A stretch of DNA of 58,950 nucleotides from Candidatus Peribacteria bacterium. Lineage in GTDB: Bacteria > Patescibacteriota > Gracilibacteria > UBA1369 > UBA12463. The stretch covers positions 1 through 58,950 of the forward strand of contig CALQZC010000001.1 of NCBI GenBank assembly GCA_943349045.1, in the 5' to 3' direction. A program made the position numbers and the translations under genes. Below, one piece after another: positions 39,621-49,196 of the stretch (positions within the stretch are counted from its first letter, which is position 1; each line of letters begins with the position of its first letter). Below the pieces are notes generated by a model that saw nothing but the letters and a program-made list of their open reading frames with translations, had not been told where the DNA came from and did no database searches.

Positions 39621-40631
39621 ATGGCTAAGCTTCGCACCGCAATCAATGGCTTCGGACGTATCGGACGCCTCATGTTCCGCGCAAACCTTGAAAAAAATCT
39701 GGTCGACATCGTCGCGATCAACGACTCGAACGGCCCAGAGGCCCTCGCCTACCTCCTCAAATACGACACCGCGCACGGCAAACTCGCCGCAGAAATCAAG
39801 TCCACCGAAAAATCAATTATTGTGAATGGCGTAGAGATCCCCTGTTTCCAGGAAAAAGAGCCAACAAAACTCCCATGGGCATCACTGAATATCGACATGG
39901 TATTCGAGGCAACTGGTGCGTTCACAAAAAGAGAAGATGCCGCGCAGCACCTCGCCGCCGGCGCCAAGCGCGTCATGATTACGGCTCCAGGAAAAGGCGT
40001 AGACGGCACATTCGTCTACGGCATCGATCACGAAACATTCGACCCAGCGAAACACATCATCTTCTCGAACGCCTCATGCACGACGAACTGTCTCGCTCCC
40101 CTCGCAAAAATTCTCAACGACAACTTCGGTATCGTCAAAGGGATGATAACGACGATTCACGCCTACACGAACGATCAGCGAGTTCTCGATCTCGCGCATA
40201 AAGATCTCCGACGTGGACGTGCAGCTGCCGCAAATATCATTCCAACGACGACGGGCGCAGCCTCTGCCATCGGCGAAGTCATTCCGGAACTCAAAGGAAA
40301 GCTCGACGGTCTCGCGCTACGAGTTCCCGTGATAGATGCCTCCATGACCGACCTCGTCTGTGAAGTCAGCAAGCCAACCACGAAAGAAGAGGTCAACGCC
40401 GCCTACCTCGCGGCATCTCAATCGCCACAATATAAAGACATCTTCGAGTACTGCACCGATCCAATCGTTTCATCCGACGTTATTCACAATCCAGCCTCAT
40501 GTGTCTTTGACTCACGACTCACGACCGTCGTCAGTGGCAATATGGTGAAAGTCATGGGCTGGTACGACAACGAGTGGGGCTACTCACATCGCCTGCTCGA
40601 CTTCGCGGGTTATATTGCGACGCGACTGTAA
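39621..40631 (+). CDS. gap: Type I glyceraldehyde-3-phosphate dehydrogenase
   Basis: INGFGRIGR, SNASCTTNCLAP, WYDNEWGYS. Confidence 0.98.
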   Translation: MAKLRTAINGFGRIGRLMFRANLEKNLVDIVAINDSNGPEALAYLLKYDTAHGKLAAEIKSTEKSIIVNGVEIPCFQEKEPTKLPWASLNIDMVFEATGAFTKREDAAQHLAAGAKRVMITAPGKGVDGTFVYGIDHETFDPAKHIIFSNASCTTNCLAPLAKILNDNFGIVKGMITTIHAYTNDQRVLDLAHKDLRRGRAAAANIIPTTTGAASAIGEVIPELKGKLDGLALRVPVIDASMTDLVCEVSKPTTKEEVNAAYLAASQSPQYKDIFEYCTDPIVSSDVIHNPASCVFDSRLTTVVSGNMVKVMGWYDNEWGYSHRLLDFAGYIATRL

Positions 40632-40654
40632 GGAGCCTCTCACCCTCACTCACC

Positions 40655-41863
40655 ATGCATCACTCCTCGGAAAAAATCAGTACGCATCATGCGCACGACG
40701 AAGGCCGAATCTTCGCCTGGATGGCGCTGATTTCCAGTACAGGCTACTCGAGCTTTCTCACGATGCTTCCGATTGTTCTCGCGGAGAAACTTGGCAGCAA
40801 CGTCTATGTCGGCTACTACTTTTCCGTAATCGCGGTTGTCTCATTGCTGATCTCGCTCGGCAGCACGATCCTCTTAAAAAAATTCTCAAAAGTTTTTCTC
40901 ACGAAAGTAATTCTCACCTCGCTCTGCGCGATCTTCATCATCCTGACCTTCGCGACGAACATCTATAACTTCGCGATTATCGATATCACTCGAGTTACCT
41001 GCGTGACACTGTTCTTCATTATTCTCGCCATCTTCGTCCGTGACTTCGCCGCCGAAAAAGAGATTGCTCTTGCGGAAGGACGCTTCTACCTCTTCACGAA
41101 TATCGGCTGGGTCATCGGTCCAATCACGGGTGGCTTCATCGCGAAAACATTTGGAACCGAGTCGGCATTTATTTTCGCTGCGTTCTGCTACCTCGTACTC
41201 GCGATTCTTTTTTTCCATCAAAATCTGAAACTCAAAAACCCACATCTCCACATGCGTACGGAACTTGAAAAACCAAAAACAGGACTCGCCGAATTCTGGA
41301 AAAATCTCAAAGATTTCATACGACAAAAAGAGCTCCGCAACGCATTTCTCATCTCATTCGGCATGTATTTCTGGTGGTCAATCAGCTCGATCTACATGGC
41401 ACTCTCGCTCACCCAGCTCGGCTACTCACAACAAATCGTCGGCCTCGTATTTGCCCTGAGTGTCATACCGCTCATTCTCATTGAGTTCCATGCCACGGAC
41501 GGCGCAAAAAAATATGGCGTGAGAAATTTCCTCGTGATCGGCTACGCGCTTCTGAGTATATTTCTCCTCCTCTTCACACAGGCGGAAAGTAGCACCCTTA
41601 TTAAACTCATGATTCTCGTGAACATCGGCTCCGCCTTCATCGAGCCAAACAAAGAAATATTCTTTTTCAAACAGGTAAATAAAGAGGACGAAGAGCGTTT
41701 TTATGGGATATACAACGCCTCATATCCGATCGCCTACATCACGGCTCCAGCAGCCGGCTCCATCCTCCTCGCCAGCTTTGGAATGAATGGAATTTGGTTC
41801 GGAGGCGCTTTTGTGTTTATACTGATGACGTTCGTAGCGCTCTCTATAGACAAAAAATACTAA
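40655..41863 (+). CDS. MFS transporter
   Basis: About 12 hydrophobic segments in a 6+6 layout; NIGWVIGPITGG; start moved to ATG 40655. Confidence 0.85.
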   Translation: MHHSSEKISTHHAHDEGRIFAWMALISSTGYSSFLTMLPIVLAEKLGSNVYVGYYFSVIAVVSLLISLGSTILLKKFSKVFLTKVILTSLCAIFIILTFATNIYNFAIIDITRVTCVTLFFIILAIFVRDFAAEKEIALAEGRFYLFTNIGWVIGPITGGFIAKTFGTESAFIFAAFCYLVLAILFFHQNLKLKNPHLHMRTELEKPKTGLAEFWKNLKDFIRQKELRNAFLISFGMYFWWSISSIYMALSLTQLGYSQQIVGLVFALSVIPLILIEFHATDGAKKYGVRNFLVIGYALLSIFLLLFTQAESSTLIKLMILVNIGSAFIEPNKEIFFFKQVNKEDEERFYGIYNASYPIAYITAPAAGSILLASFGMNGIWFGGAFVFILMTFVALSIDKKY

Positions 41864-41875
41864 CGCGCAAGCCGC

Positions 41876-42583
41876 ATGGATCGAAGAACCCAGGTACTGA
41901 AAGCCATTGTGCAGCACTTCATTTCGACAGCGGAGCCAGTAGGCTCCAATACGATTATCGTGAGCTACAAATTTCAGGTCTCCCCTGCCACAATTCGCAA
42001 CGAGATGGGCTCACTGGAAAAAGAGGGACTGATCTATCAACCCCACACGAGTTCAGGTCGTGTTCCAACCGAACTCGGATACCGTAAATACATCGAGGAA
42101 ATTGCTGACCATGAGGCAGCCAGAAAAAAAGCACACCTCCTCGTCACCGACGTCTGGCAGGAGTATCAGGCAGAAAAAGTTCGTGAAAAAATTTATGACA
42201 TCGTGAATTTACTCGCGCGCGCCACCGACAATGTCAGTTTCGCCACCACACCCGGCAACCGACGCACCTTTTTCCTGGGCCTCTCAAACATTCTCAAACA
42301 GCCAGAGTTTCAGCAGGACCCCAGCCGCGCCAGCCAGGTCGTCGAGATGCTCGAAAATGACGACAACTTCATCAACACCCTGAACTCACTCGGGATCATG
42401 GACGAGCCACAGGCCTTCATCGGTCAAGAAAATATTCTTCCACAAATTCAGTCGTGCTCAATTATTGTGGTACGATACGAATACGAAGGCTTCCAAGGAT
42501 ACCTCGGCCTCCTCGGCTCAACTCGGATGGATTACGCCTACAACATCGCCCTTTTGCAAGAAATTCTTAAACTCATCGACTAA
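41876..42583 (+). CDS. hrcA: Heat-inducible transcription repressor HrcA, short form
   Basis: AEPVGS, SPATIRNEM..LE..G.IYQPHTSSGRVPT..GYR, LGSTRMDY. Confidence 0.93.
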   Translation: MDRRTQVLKAIVQHFISTAEPVGSNTIIVSYKFQVSPATIRNEMGSLEKEGLIYQPHTSSGRVPTELGYRKYIEEIADHEAARKKAHLLVTDVWQEYQAEKVREKIYDIVNLLARATDNVSFATTPGNRRTFFLGLSNILKQPEFQQDPSRASQVVEMLENDDNFINTLNSLGIMDEPQAFIGQENILPQIQSCSIIVVRYEYEGFQGYLGLLGSTRMDYAYNIALLQEILKLID

Positions 42584-42584
42584 T

Positions 42585-43046
42585 ATGTCTGACGAAACCA
42601 CCACTCCACCAGAACAGGATATTGAACTCTTGAAATCTCAACTGGCCCAAATGACCGACACCTGCCGTCGCGCTCTCGCCGACCTCTCCAACTACAAAAA
42701 GTTCGTAGATGACCAACGCAAACAGGCCAGCTGGTATGGAATCGCCGAGATCATCAAAGACATTCTCCCGATCATCGACAACTTCGACCGAGCCCGTGAA
42801 CATGTGAAAGACGAAGGCATCGAAGCAATCTATCGCCAACTCACAGCCATTCTCCAAAAACACCGCGTTCAGCAAATAGAAACCATTGATAAACCTTTCA
42901 ATGCGACAGAGCACGAGGTACTTTCACAAGCACCCGGACCAGAAGGAGTTATCGTCGCCGAGTTCGAAAAGGGCTACACCATCGGTGGCCAAGTCCTCCG
43001 TCCAGCAAAAGTGATTGTCGGAAACGGACAGAACCCGGTAGAATAG
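42585..43046 (+). CDS. grpE: Nucleotide exchange factor GrpE
   Basis: RALADLSNYKK, LPIIDNFDRA, KGYTIGGQVLRPAKV; start moved to ATG 42585. Confidence 0.95.
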   Translation: MSDETTTPPEQDIELLKSQLAQMTDTCRRALADLSNYKKFVDDQRKQASWYGIAEIIKDILPIIDNFDRAREHVKDEGIEAIYRQLTAILQKHRVQQIETIDKPFNATEHEVLSQAPGPEGVIVAEFEKGYTIGGQVLRPAKVIVGNGQNPVE

Positions 43047-43050
43047 GGGC

Positions 43051-43473
43051 ATGAACATCCTGGATCAGGCAAAAACAGTCACATCATCAAAAAATCTCAA
43101 GTCAAAAATACTTGGAGACATTTCAACGATGTATCTTTTTGGGTCACAGGCAAAAGGAAAAGCGCGATCAGACTCAGACATTGATATTGGCGTCCTCTTA
43201 AACGAAAATATTCCAGAGAAAAAATACTTCGACCTGAAGCTCGATCTCATTGGTGAATTTTCGGGCATTTTCAATAGAAATGATATTGACGTTGTGATTC
43301 TCAATAACGCTCCAAATATTCTTGCTATGAATGTTATCTCAGAGGGGAAAGTTATTTTTTCCAAGGACAAAAAACTCCGCGTCGCCTTTGAGTGCGATGT
43401 GATGCGGCAATACTATGATCGTGAATATTACGAAAAAATGGCATTACATTATCTTATAAAACACAACGCATGA
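43051..43473 (+). CDS. MntA-like minimal nucleotidyltransferase antitoxin (type VII TA)
   Basis: LFGSQAKGKARSDSDIDIGV (GS-x10-DxD). Confidence 0.88.
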   Translation: MNILDQAKTVTSSKNLKSKILGDISTMYLFGSQAKGKARSDSDIDIGVLLNENIPEKKYFDLKLDLIGEFSGIFNRNDIDVVILNNAPNILAMNVISEGKVIFSKDKKLRVAFECDVMRQYYDREYYEKMALHYLIKHNA

Positions 43474-43907
43474 TAATGAAATACAGATCACTCAGCACGA
43501 AGATAGAGCAACTCAAAAAAATAACAGCAGAGCTTGAAAAGCTGCAAAAGAAGATCAATAAAAAAGAATTCCTATCAAGTCACATGGCGCGATGGGCTAT
43601 CGAAAGAGGCCTACAGTTAAGCCTGGAGGCCACACTCGATATTGCCAGCCATATAATTGGAGAAATGGAATTTGGGAAAGCGGAAAATTATAAAGAAAAT
43701 TTTGAGATTCTTGCCCGAGAAAAAATCCTCCCGGTCTCATTTGCCAAAAAATTCAAGGGTGCAGCTGGATTCAGAAATATTCTGGTTCATGATTATGTAG
43801 ACGTAGATCCGAAAAAAGTCTACGAACACTTCAAAAACGACAGCAAGGACATTAAAAAATTCGTAAACTACGTCAGTAAATGGCTTAAAAAGGGCGATTT
43901 ACTGTAA
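43470..43907 (+). CDS. HepT-like HEPN (DUF86) RNase toxin
   Basis: GFRNILVHDY (R-x4-H-x-Y); overlaps the MNT stop. Confidence 0.88.
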   Translation: MIMKYRSLSTKIEQLKKITAELEKLQKKINKKEFLSSHMARWAIERGLQLSLEATLDIASHIIGEMEFGKAENYKENFEILAREKILPVSFAKKFKGAAGFRNILVHDYVDVDPKKVYEHFKNDSKDIKKFVNYVSKWLKKGDLL

Positions 43908-43911
43908 CATG

Positions 43912-44685
43912 CTACAGTTCCTTCCACGATTTCAAGAGGGCCTTAAACGACTTGAGGTTTTTTACATCGCTCGCAGGAAGACCCTTATAGGTTCCATCCA
44001 AAATGCCATCGAAGTATTTTTTCACGAGAGCCTCAGTTTTTTTGGCCTTCGCTTCGAGAACCGGAGGATTGAAATCATCAGTATCGTCATACTCAAATGG
44101 CTCAAGTTTCGTATAGGTGCCCTTCAAATTCAAAGAAAACTCAACGCCTGCATATCCAGGACCCTCGTTTACAAATGGAACAAACGTACGAACTCGAAAA
44201 ATAGGTCCACCAGCAGGTTGAAAATCGACATACTCATAGAGCATAAATGTCGGCTGACCAGCTACCGTTACCTTTTCGCACATCCACTGGACAACACCGG
44301 TACGCCATACAACCCAATCCGTACTGATCTTCTTTTCTAGCGGACAGAGTTCAACTAATGAGGTAAATTTCGCCACCTTCGGGGAAAAAATATTTGAATA
44401 CTCGAGTAATGGATTCTCAGTAAAGGTACTATAGTCACTCGTCAAAAGTCGCGCACGAAAGCCAACCTTCGGAAGCGTAATGTCATAATAAAATGCCTCT
44501 TCCTGCTTATCCTCGGTCTTATTGAACATTCTCAAGACATACTTGAGCTTTCCCCACGTCTTCGGGTAACTGAACGACGCCTGCGCCTCATCACTGATGT
44601 AGGTATTGAGGGAGACAGCGGCGGCCGTGCCAACAAGCTGGGTCATAAGCACTCCAACCAGAAGCAAAAGGGAGAATCGTTTCAT
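43912..44685 (-). CDS. Secreted hypothetical protein
   Basis: Signal peptide; FSYPKTW. Confidence 0.65.
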   Translation of the reverse strand: MKRFSLLLLVGVLMTQLVGTAAAVSLNTYISDEAQASFSYPKTWGKLKYVLRMFNKTEDKQEEAFYYDITLPKVGFRARLLTSDYSTFTENPLLEYSNIFSPKVAKFTSLVELCPLEKKISTDWVVWRTGVVQWMCEKVTVAGQPTFMLYEYVDFQPAGGPIFRVRTFVPFVNEGPGYAGVEFSLNLKGTYTKLEPFEYDDTDDFNPPVLEAKAKKTEALVKKYFDGILDGTYKGLPASDVKNLKSFKALLKSWKEL

Positions 44686-44750
44686 AAAAAAAGTGGGGTA
44701 AAACTAGAAAAATTCTAGCATACCTGCTTCAAAAATCCAGAGTTTCTCTC

Positions 44751-44791
44751 TTGACGACCTCGAGTTAGCACTCTAAAATAGTGAGTGCTAA
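44751..44791 (+). promoter_or_regulatory. dnaK sigma70 promoter overlapped by a perfect CIRCE
   Basis: TTGACG(44751)-17 bp-TAAAAT(44774); TTAGCACTC-N9-GAGTGCTAA at 44765-44791. Confidence 0.93.
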
Positions 44792-44826
44792 ATTTGAAGT
44801 CCCAACATAATTAACCCATTCATCCT

Positions 44827-46764
44827 ATGTCACGAATTATTGGAATCGATCTCGGAACCACCAACTCATGCGTCTCGGTCATGCAGGGCCAGGAGCCAAC
44901 CGTCGTGCCGAACACCGAAGGCATGCGAACCACTCCCTCAATGGTCGCCGTCTCGAAAGATGGTCAGCGTCTCGTCGGTATTCTCGCCAAGCGTCAAAAT
45001 GTCATGAACCCAGAAAACACGATTTACTCAGCGAAGCGTCTGATCGGTCGAATGTTCGACGAAATCAAGCCGCTCGTCGACAAGCTCTCGTATAAAGTCA
45101 TCAAAGGCAAAAATGGCGAGCCAGAAATCGTCCTCGATGGAAAAAACCGACAGCCACCAGAAATCTCCGCGATGGTCCTGCAGAAGCTCAAGGCCGACGC
45201 CGAAGCCTTCCTCGGAGAACCGGTGACAGAAGCCGTTATTACGGTTCCTGCCTACTTCAACGACTCACAGCGTCAGGCCACAAAAGATGCGGGTAAGATT
45301 GCAGGACTTGAGGTAAAAAGAATTATTAATGAGCCAACTGCTGCGGCTCTGGCCTACGGTCTCGACAAAAAGAACAAGGCTTCCAAAGTCGCTGTCTACG
45401 ATCTCGGTGGTGGTACCTTCGACGTCTCGATTCTCGATCTCGGTGATGGAGTGTTTGAAGTATTATCCACAAACGGTGACACCCAGCTCGGTGGTGATGA
45501 CTTCGACAACGCAATCGTTCACTACATTCTCAGCGAGTTCAAAAAGAGCGAGGGCATCGATCTTGCGAATGATAAGCTCTCGTTGCAGCGTATCCGTGAC
45601 GAGGCAGAAAAAGCCAAGTGCGAACTTTCCACGCTCCAGGAGCGAGAAATCAACCTCCCATACATCACCACAACCAGCGCCGGCCCAAAGCATCTCCAGA
45701 TAAAACTGAGCCGCGCCAAACTCGAAGATCTCGTGTCAGATCTGATCAAGCGAACCGAAGGCCCTTGTAAAAAAGCCATCGAAGACGCCGGCGTCAAACT
45801 CTCAGAGATCGACGAAATTATTCTCGTCGGTGGTCAGACCCGTATGCCAGCCGTCCAGGAGATGGTAAAAAAGATTTTCGGCAAAGAACCCCACAAAGGT
45901 ATCAACCCAGATGAAGTCGTCGCCATCGGTGCCGCCATCCAGGGTGGTGTCCTCATGGGCGATGTCAAAGACATTCTCCTCCTCGACGTCACTCCCCTTT
46001 CCCTCGGTCTCGAAACCCTCGGCGGTGTCATGACCAAACTCATCGAACGCAACACAACGGTCCCTACATCGAAATCCCAGGTCTTCTCGACCGCAGCCGA
46101 CAACCAGACTTCTGTCGAAGTCCACGTCTTGCAGGGTGAACGTCCAATGGCCCACGACAACAAGTCCCTCGGCCGCTTCCAGCTCGACGGCATCCCACCA
46201 GCCCCACGCGGTGTCCCACAGGTCGAAGTCACCTTTGACATCGACGCCAATGGAATTCTCCACGTGAAGGCTATCGAAAAGGCTACAAATAAAGAACAGA
46301 AAATTACTATTTCCGGCACATCGAATATGAGCGAAGCCGAAATCGAAAAGATGCGCAAAGAAGCCGAACAGTACGCCGAAGAAGACAAGAAACGCTTAGA
46401 AGAAATCGAGATGCGCAACAAGTCTGAGTCGTTGGTGCTCCAATCTGAAAAAACGTTGAAAGAAGTCGGCGACAAGGTCGGTGATGACATCAAAAAGCCA
46501 ATCACCGAAAAAATCGACGAACTCAAGAAAGTGCTTGAAAACAAGGATTCTCCAATGGAGACGCTGAAGGTTGCGTATGATTCGTTGTCAGAAGAGTTGC
46601 AGAAAGTTGGTAGCGAACTCTACAAGCACATGGGCCAAGATCAGGCCGCCACAGGCGCAGGCGCTGAAGGTGGAGCTACGGACGACGGTGTCCGCGTCAA
46701 AGACAACAACAAGAAGGATGATGTTGTTGAGGGAGAGGTGGTGGATGAGGGGAAGAAGGAGTAA
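44827..46764 (+). CDS. dnaK: Chaperone DnaK
   Basis: [36 protein letters not shown]. Confidence 0.99.
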   Translation: MSRIIGIDLGTTNSCVSVMQGQEPTVVPNTEGMRTTPSMVAVSKDGQRLVGILAKRQNVMNPENTIYSAKRLIGRMFDEIKPLVDKLSYKVIKGKNGEPEIVLDGKNRQPPEISAMVLQKLKADAEAFLGEPVTEAVITVPAYFNDSQRQATKDAGKIAGLEVKRIINEPTAAALAYGLDKKNKASKVAVYDLGGGTFDVSILDLGDGVFEVLSTNGDTQLGGDDFDNAIVHYILSEFKKSEGIDLANDKLSLQRIRDEAEKAKCELSTLQEREINLPYITTTSAGPKHLQIKLSRAKLEDLVSDLIKRTEGPCKKAIEDAGVKLSEIDEIILVGGQTRMPAVQEMVKKIFGKEPHKGINPDEVVAIGAAIQGGVLMGDVKDILLLDVTPLSLGLETLGGVMTKLIERNTTVPTSKSQVFSTAADNQTSVEVHVLQGERPMAHDNKSLGRFQLDGIPPAPRGVPQVEVTFDIDANGILHVKAIEKATNKEQKITISGTSNMSEAEIEKMRKEAEQYAEEDKKRLEEIEMRNKSESLVLQSEKTLKEVGDKVGDDIKKPITEKIDELKKVLENKDSPMETLKVAYDSLSEELQKVGSELYKHMGQDQAATGAGAEGGATDDGVRVKDNNKKDDVVEGEVVDEGKKE

Positions 46765-46788
46765 ACAATTATATAATCAATTTAAAAA

Positions 46789-47148
46789 ATGGACCTTAAG
46801 GAATTCGTTAAAAATGTACTAAAAGACACCATCGATGCCGTGGAAGAAATACGCAAAGAATCAAGTAGAGACATGTATCTGGTAGGCGGAAGCGATGAAA
46901 GAACTATTGAATTCGATATTGCCGTTACGGCGGAAGACTCCACGAGCGGATCCGGAAGAGCTGGAATCAAAGTATTTCAAGTTATCGAAGGAAGTACCGA
47001 CATGTCGAAAGAGGTAAAAAATTCAACCATAAGCCGGATTCAATTCGGAGTGTCTATCAATCGATGGACAAAAACGGAAGAAAGACAACACGAAGCAAAT
47101 GCTCATGCAGCACAGAATAGCCTGGACTCTTATAATTCCACCTTCTAA
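46789..47148 (+). CDS. Trypco2-like small protein
   Basis: MDLKEFV..L.....AV, IEFDIAVT......G.AGIKV, SRIQF. Confidence 0.6.
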   Translation: MDLKEFVKNVLKDTIDAVEEIRKESSRDMYLVGGSDERTIEFDIAVTAEDSTSGSGRAGIKVFQVIEGSTDMSKEVKNSTISRIQFGVSINRWTKTEERQHEANAHAAQNSLDSYNSTF

Positions 47149-47197
47149 TAGCTCATCGTACGAAAAATGAGGAAGGGGAAGACTATTGATTATAAAA

Positions 47198-47611
47198 TTA
47201 ACCCAACCCCACCTCCTTCACATGCCCCATAATCCACTGCGTCTCAGACTGCTTCTTCGGCACATGCCCTTTGCCATACACCAGCAGCACGACAATCTTT
47301 CCTGTGCGATTCGATAAAGAAAAAATGACGCGATTACCGCTCCCCTTCGGTGAAAACTCAGTACCAGCCACACGAAAATCCAGTTTGAAAATTCCCTCAT
47401 CTGCCTCAAAAGAAAACTTCAGAACATCGATTAAGGACGTTCCGCCAACTCCAAATGCACGCTCAAGTGTCTCGCCAATAGTTCTACGCGTCTCAACCCA
47501 CTGCCGACCTTTATATTTCTTGCCAAAATCCTTGCAGAAGTGCGCCTCGGCATACGCAGAAAATTCCACCTGAAAAACAAGATCTTTAATAAACATTTTC
47601 TGGTGACTCAT
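47198..47611 (-). CDS. Putative RelE-like toxin downstream of a Panacea antitoxin
   Basis: VEFSAYAE.HF.K, KLDFRV, KGSGNRVIF...VLLVYGK; overlaps the antitoxin stop; start uncertain. Confidence 0.55.
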   Translation of the reverse strand: MSHQKMFIKDLVFQVEFSAYAEAHFCKDFGKKYKGRQWVETRRTIGETLERAFGVGGTSLIDVLKFSFEADEGIFKLDFRVAGTEFSPKGSGNRVIFSLSNRTGKIVVLLVYGKGHVPKKQSETQWIMGHVKEVGLG

Positions 47612-48287
47612 TATTGATAAGCGCATACGGAATCACTTCACGATCACGACAAACCTTCCACGGAATCTGCTGATGCGTAAACTCAACAATCGCATTGGTA
47701 CTGGCCTTTCTCCACTTCTTGCAAACCGCCCGAACCACAGCAAGCTCTCCTTTATCGAGTAAACCATCGTCCGGCTGCTCAAGGAGTGAGACCATGATCG
47801 CCTTATCTTTCTTCTCAACACAAATCGATTCATTCGTATCCAAAATATCAAAAAACTCGATCGCCACGGGCCCCTGCGCCAGCTTATGATACTGCAACCC
47901 GGAAATCGGCTTCAAAAACTTATAATACGAAGCAAAATCAGACAAATACACAAGCTTCGCCAACTTCGTCTTCGTAATTTTCCCATCGTCATCCGCACCA
48001 TATTTAATACACAAAAGCACGAGATGTAAAAATTTCTGAAAAGCCTTTTCACCAAAATCACGAGCAGCTACCTTCTCATACGGCACCAAGGTATCATCCA
48101 AAAGTATCTCGAGTGGAATATCAAACAACTTCGCCAAAGTCTTCAGCTCTGTCACCGTCAAATCCCGTTCACCCTTCTCCACCGCCACCAGCGTCGGCCT
48201 CGACATCCCCAACTCCTTCGCCAACTCCTCCTGCGACACCCCCGTTGCCTTCCGCAATTTCATCACAACATCCTGCATATATTTCAT
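47586..48287 (-). CDS. Xre-HTH plus Panacea (DUF4065/SocA-like) antitoxin
   Basis: LRKATGVSQEELAKELGMSRPTLVAVEKG; TKLAKLVYLSDF, GPV, FTHQQIPW. Confidence 0.85.
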   Translation of the reverse strand: MKYMQDVVMKLRKATGVSQEELAKELGMSRPTLVAVEKGERDLTVTELKTLAKLFDIPLEILLDDTLVPYEKVAARDFGEKAFQKFLHLVLLCIKYGADDDGKITKTKLAKLVYLSDFASYYKFLKPISGLQYHKLAQGPVAIEFFDILDTNESICVEKKDKAIMVSLLEQPDDGLLDKGELAVVRAVCKKWRKASTNAIVEFTHQQIPWKVCRDREVIPYALINNESPENVY

Positions 48288-48315
48288 AAATAGATTGATT
48301 AGGTGAGGTAAGAAA

Positions 48316-48345
48316 AGTATACCCCAAATTGGAGTGGAATGTCAA
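48316..48345 (-). promoter_or_regulatory. Putative sigma70 promoter of the Panacea TA pair
   Basis: TTGACA-18 bp-TATACT on the minus strand. Confidence 0.6.
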
Positions 48346-48414
48346 AAGAATATACAATTATACGTAATTTGTTATATTTTATGGTATATTTGTAAGGAAA
48401 ATTTACAAATAGTA

Positions 48415-49176
48415 TTATTCAGAATGCTCCTCCAAATACTCAATATGCGCCGTTGAAAACTCATGAATTCCATCGCTATCATCAATAAGCTCAGAAAGAA
48501 GCTCTTCTTCAAAAGATTCAAAAATCACAATAATCTGCTCCTTCATATCAGAATCAAAAGTCTCCCACTGTTTCATCGTACGGCGCATCACCTCACAAAA
48601 AGCTGCCATCATCTCACCAGCACAAAAATACGGATCAAAATTACGACGAACCGACCATCCACCAATATCATCAAGTAAGCGCACAATATCTTCCAACGTT
48701 AACGTACCATCAGCCATTTTTGGTTTATCGGGCAATCGAGCATGTGGTCTACCCCAACCACGCTGCTCAGCAGCAAAACGTATAACATCCAAATCTGCGT
48801 TCAAAGGATCACGAAAAGCACTCATAATCTCCGCATGAGAAATATCAGGAGGAGGAATGGCAACATCTTGAACCTCATCACCCGAAGGACGCGTAATTCC
48901 CCGCTGCTCATCCCACAGAATCGCAAGCGCAATCTCATGTTTACAAAAATCAGCAACAGGACAACTACAAGAACGACTGAGACCCCCATGCTTAAAAGCA
49001 AGCCTCACCGCATAATCTTGAGTACCATGAGCAACAGCATCAATCGATGTATCATCAAAACGCACCGGCACAACCTTCCCTTCACGAACATACTGCTCCC
49101 CTCTCCGCCAACTCTCAACCCCCGAGCGATACAACAACATCCGCGCAGCAGACAGTATGGATGGTTTATCAGTCAT
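48415..49176 (-). CDS. SWIM zinc-finger protein
   Basis: RGEQYVREGKV, AHGTQDYAV, CSCP...CKH. Confidence 0.85.
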   Translation of the reverse strand: MTDKPSILSAARMLLYRSGVESWRRGEQYVREGKVVPVRFDDTSIDAVAHGTQDYAVRLAFKHGGLSRSCSCPVADFCKHEIALAILWDEQRGITRPSGDEVQDVAIPPPDISHAEIMSAFRDPLNADLDVIRFAAEQRGWGRPHARLPDKPKMADGTLTLEDIVRLLDDIGGWSVRRNFDPYFCAGEMMAAFCEVMRRTMKQWETFDSDMKEQIIVIFESFEEELLSELIDDSDGIHEFSTAHIEYLEEHSE

Positions 49177-49196
49177 GGCTCAAGATTAGGGTTGAA

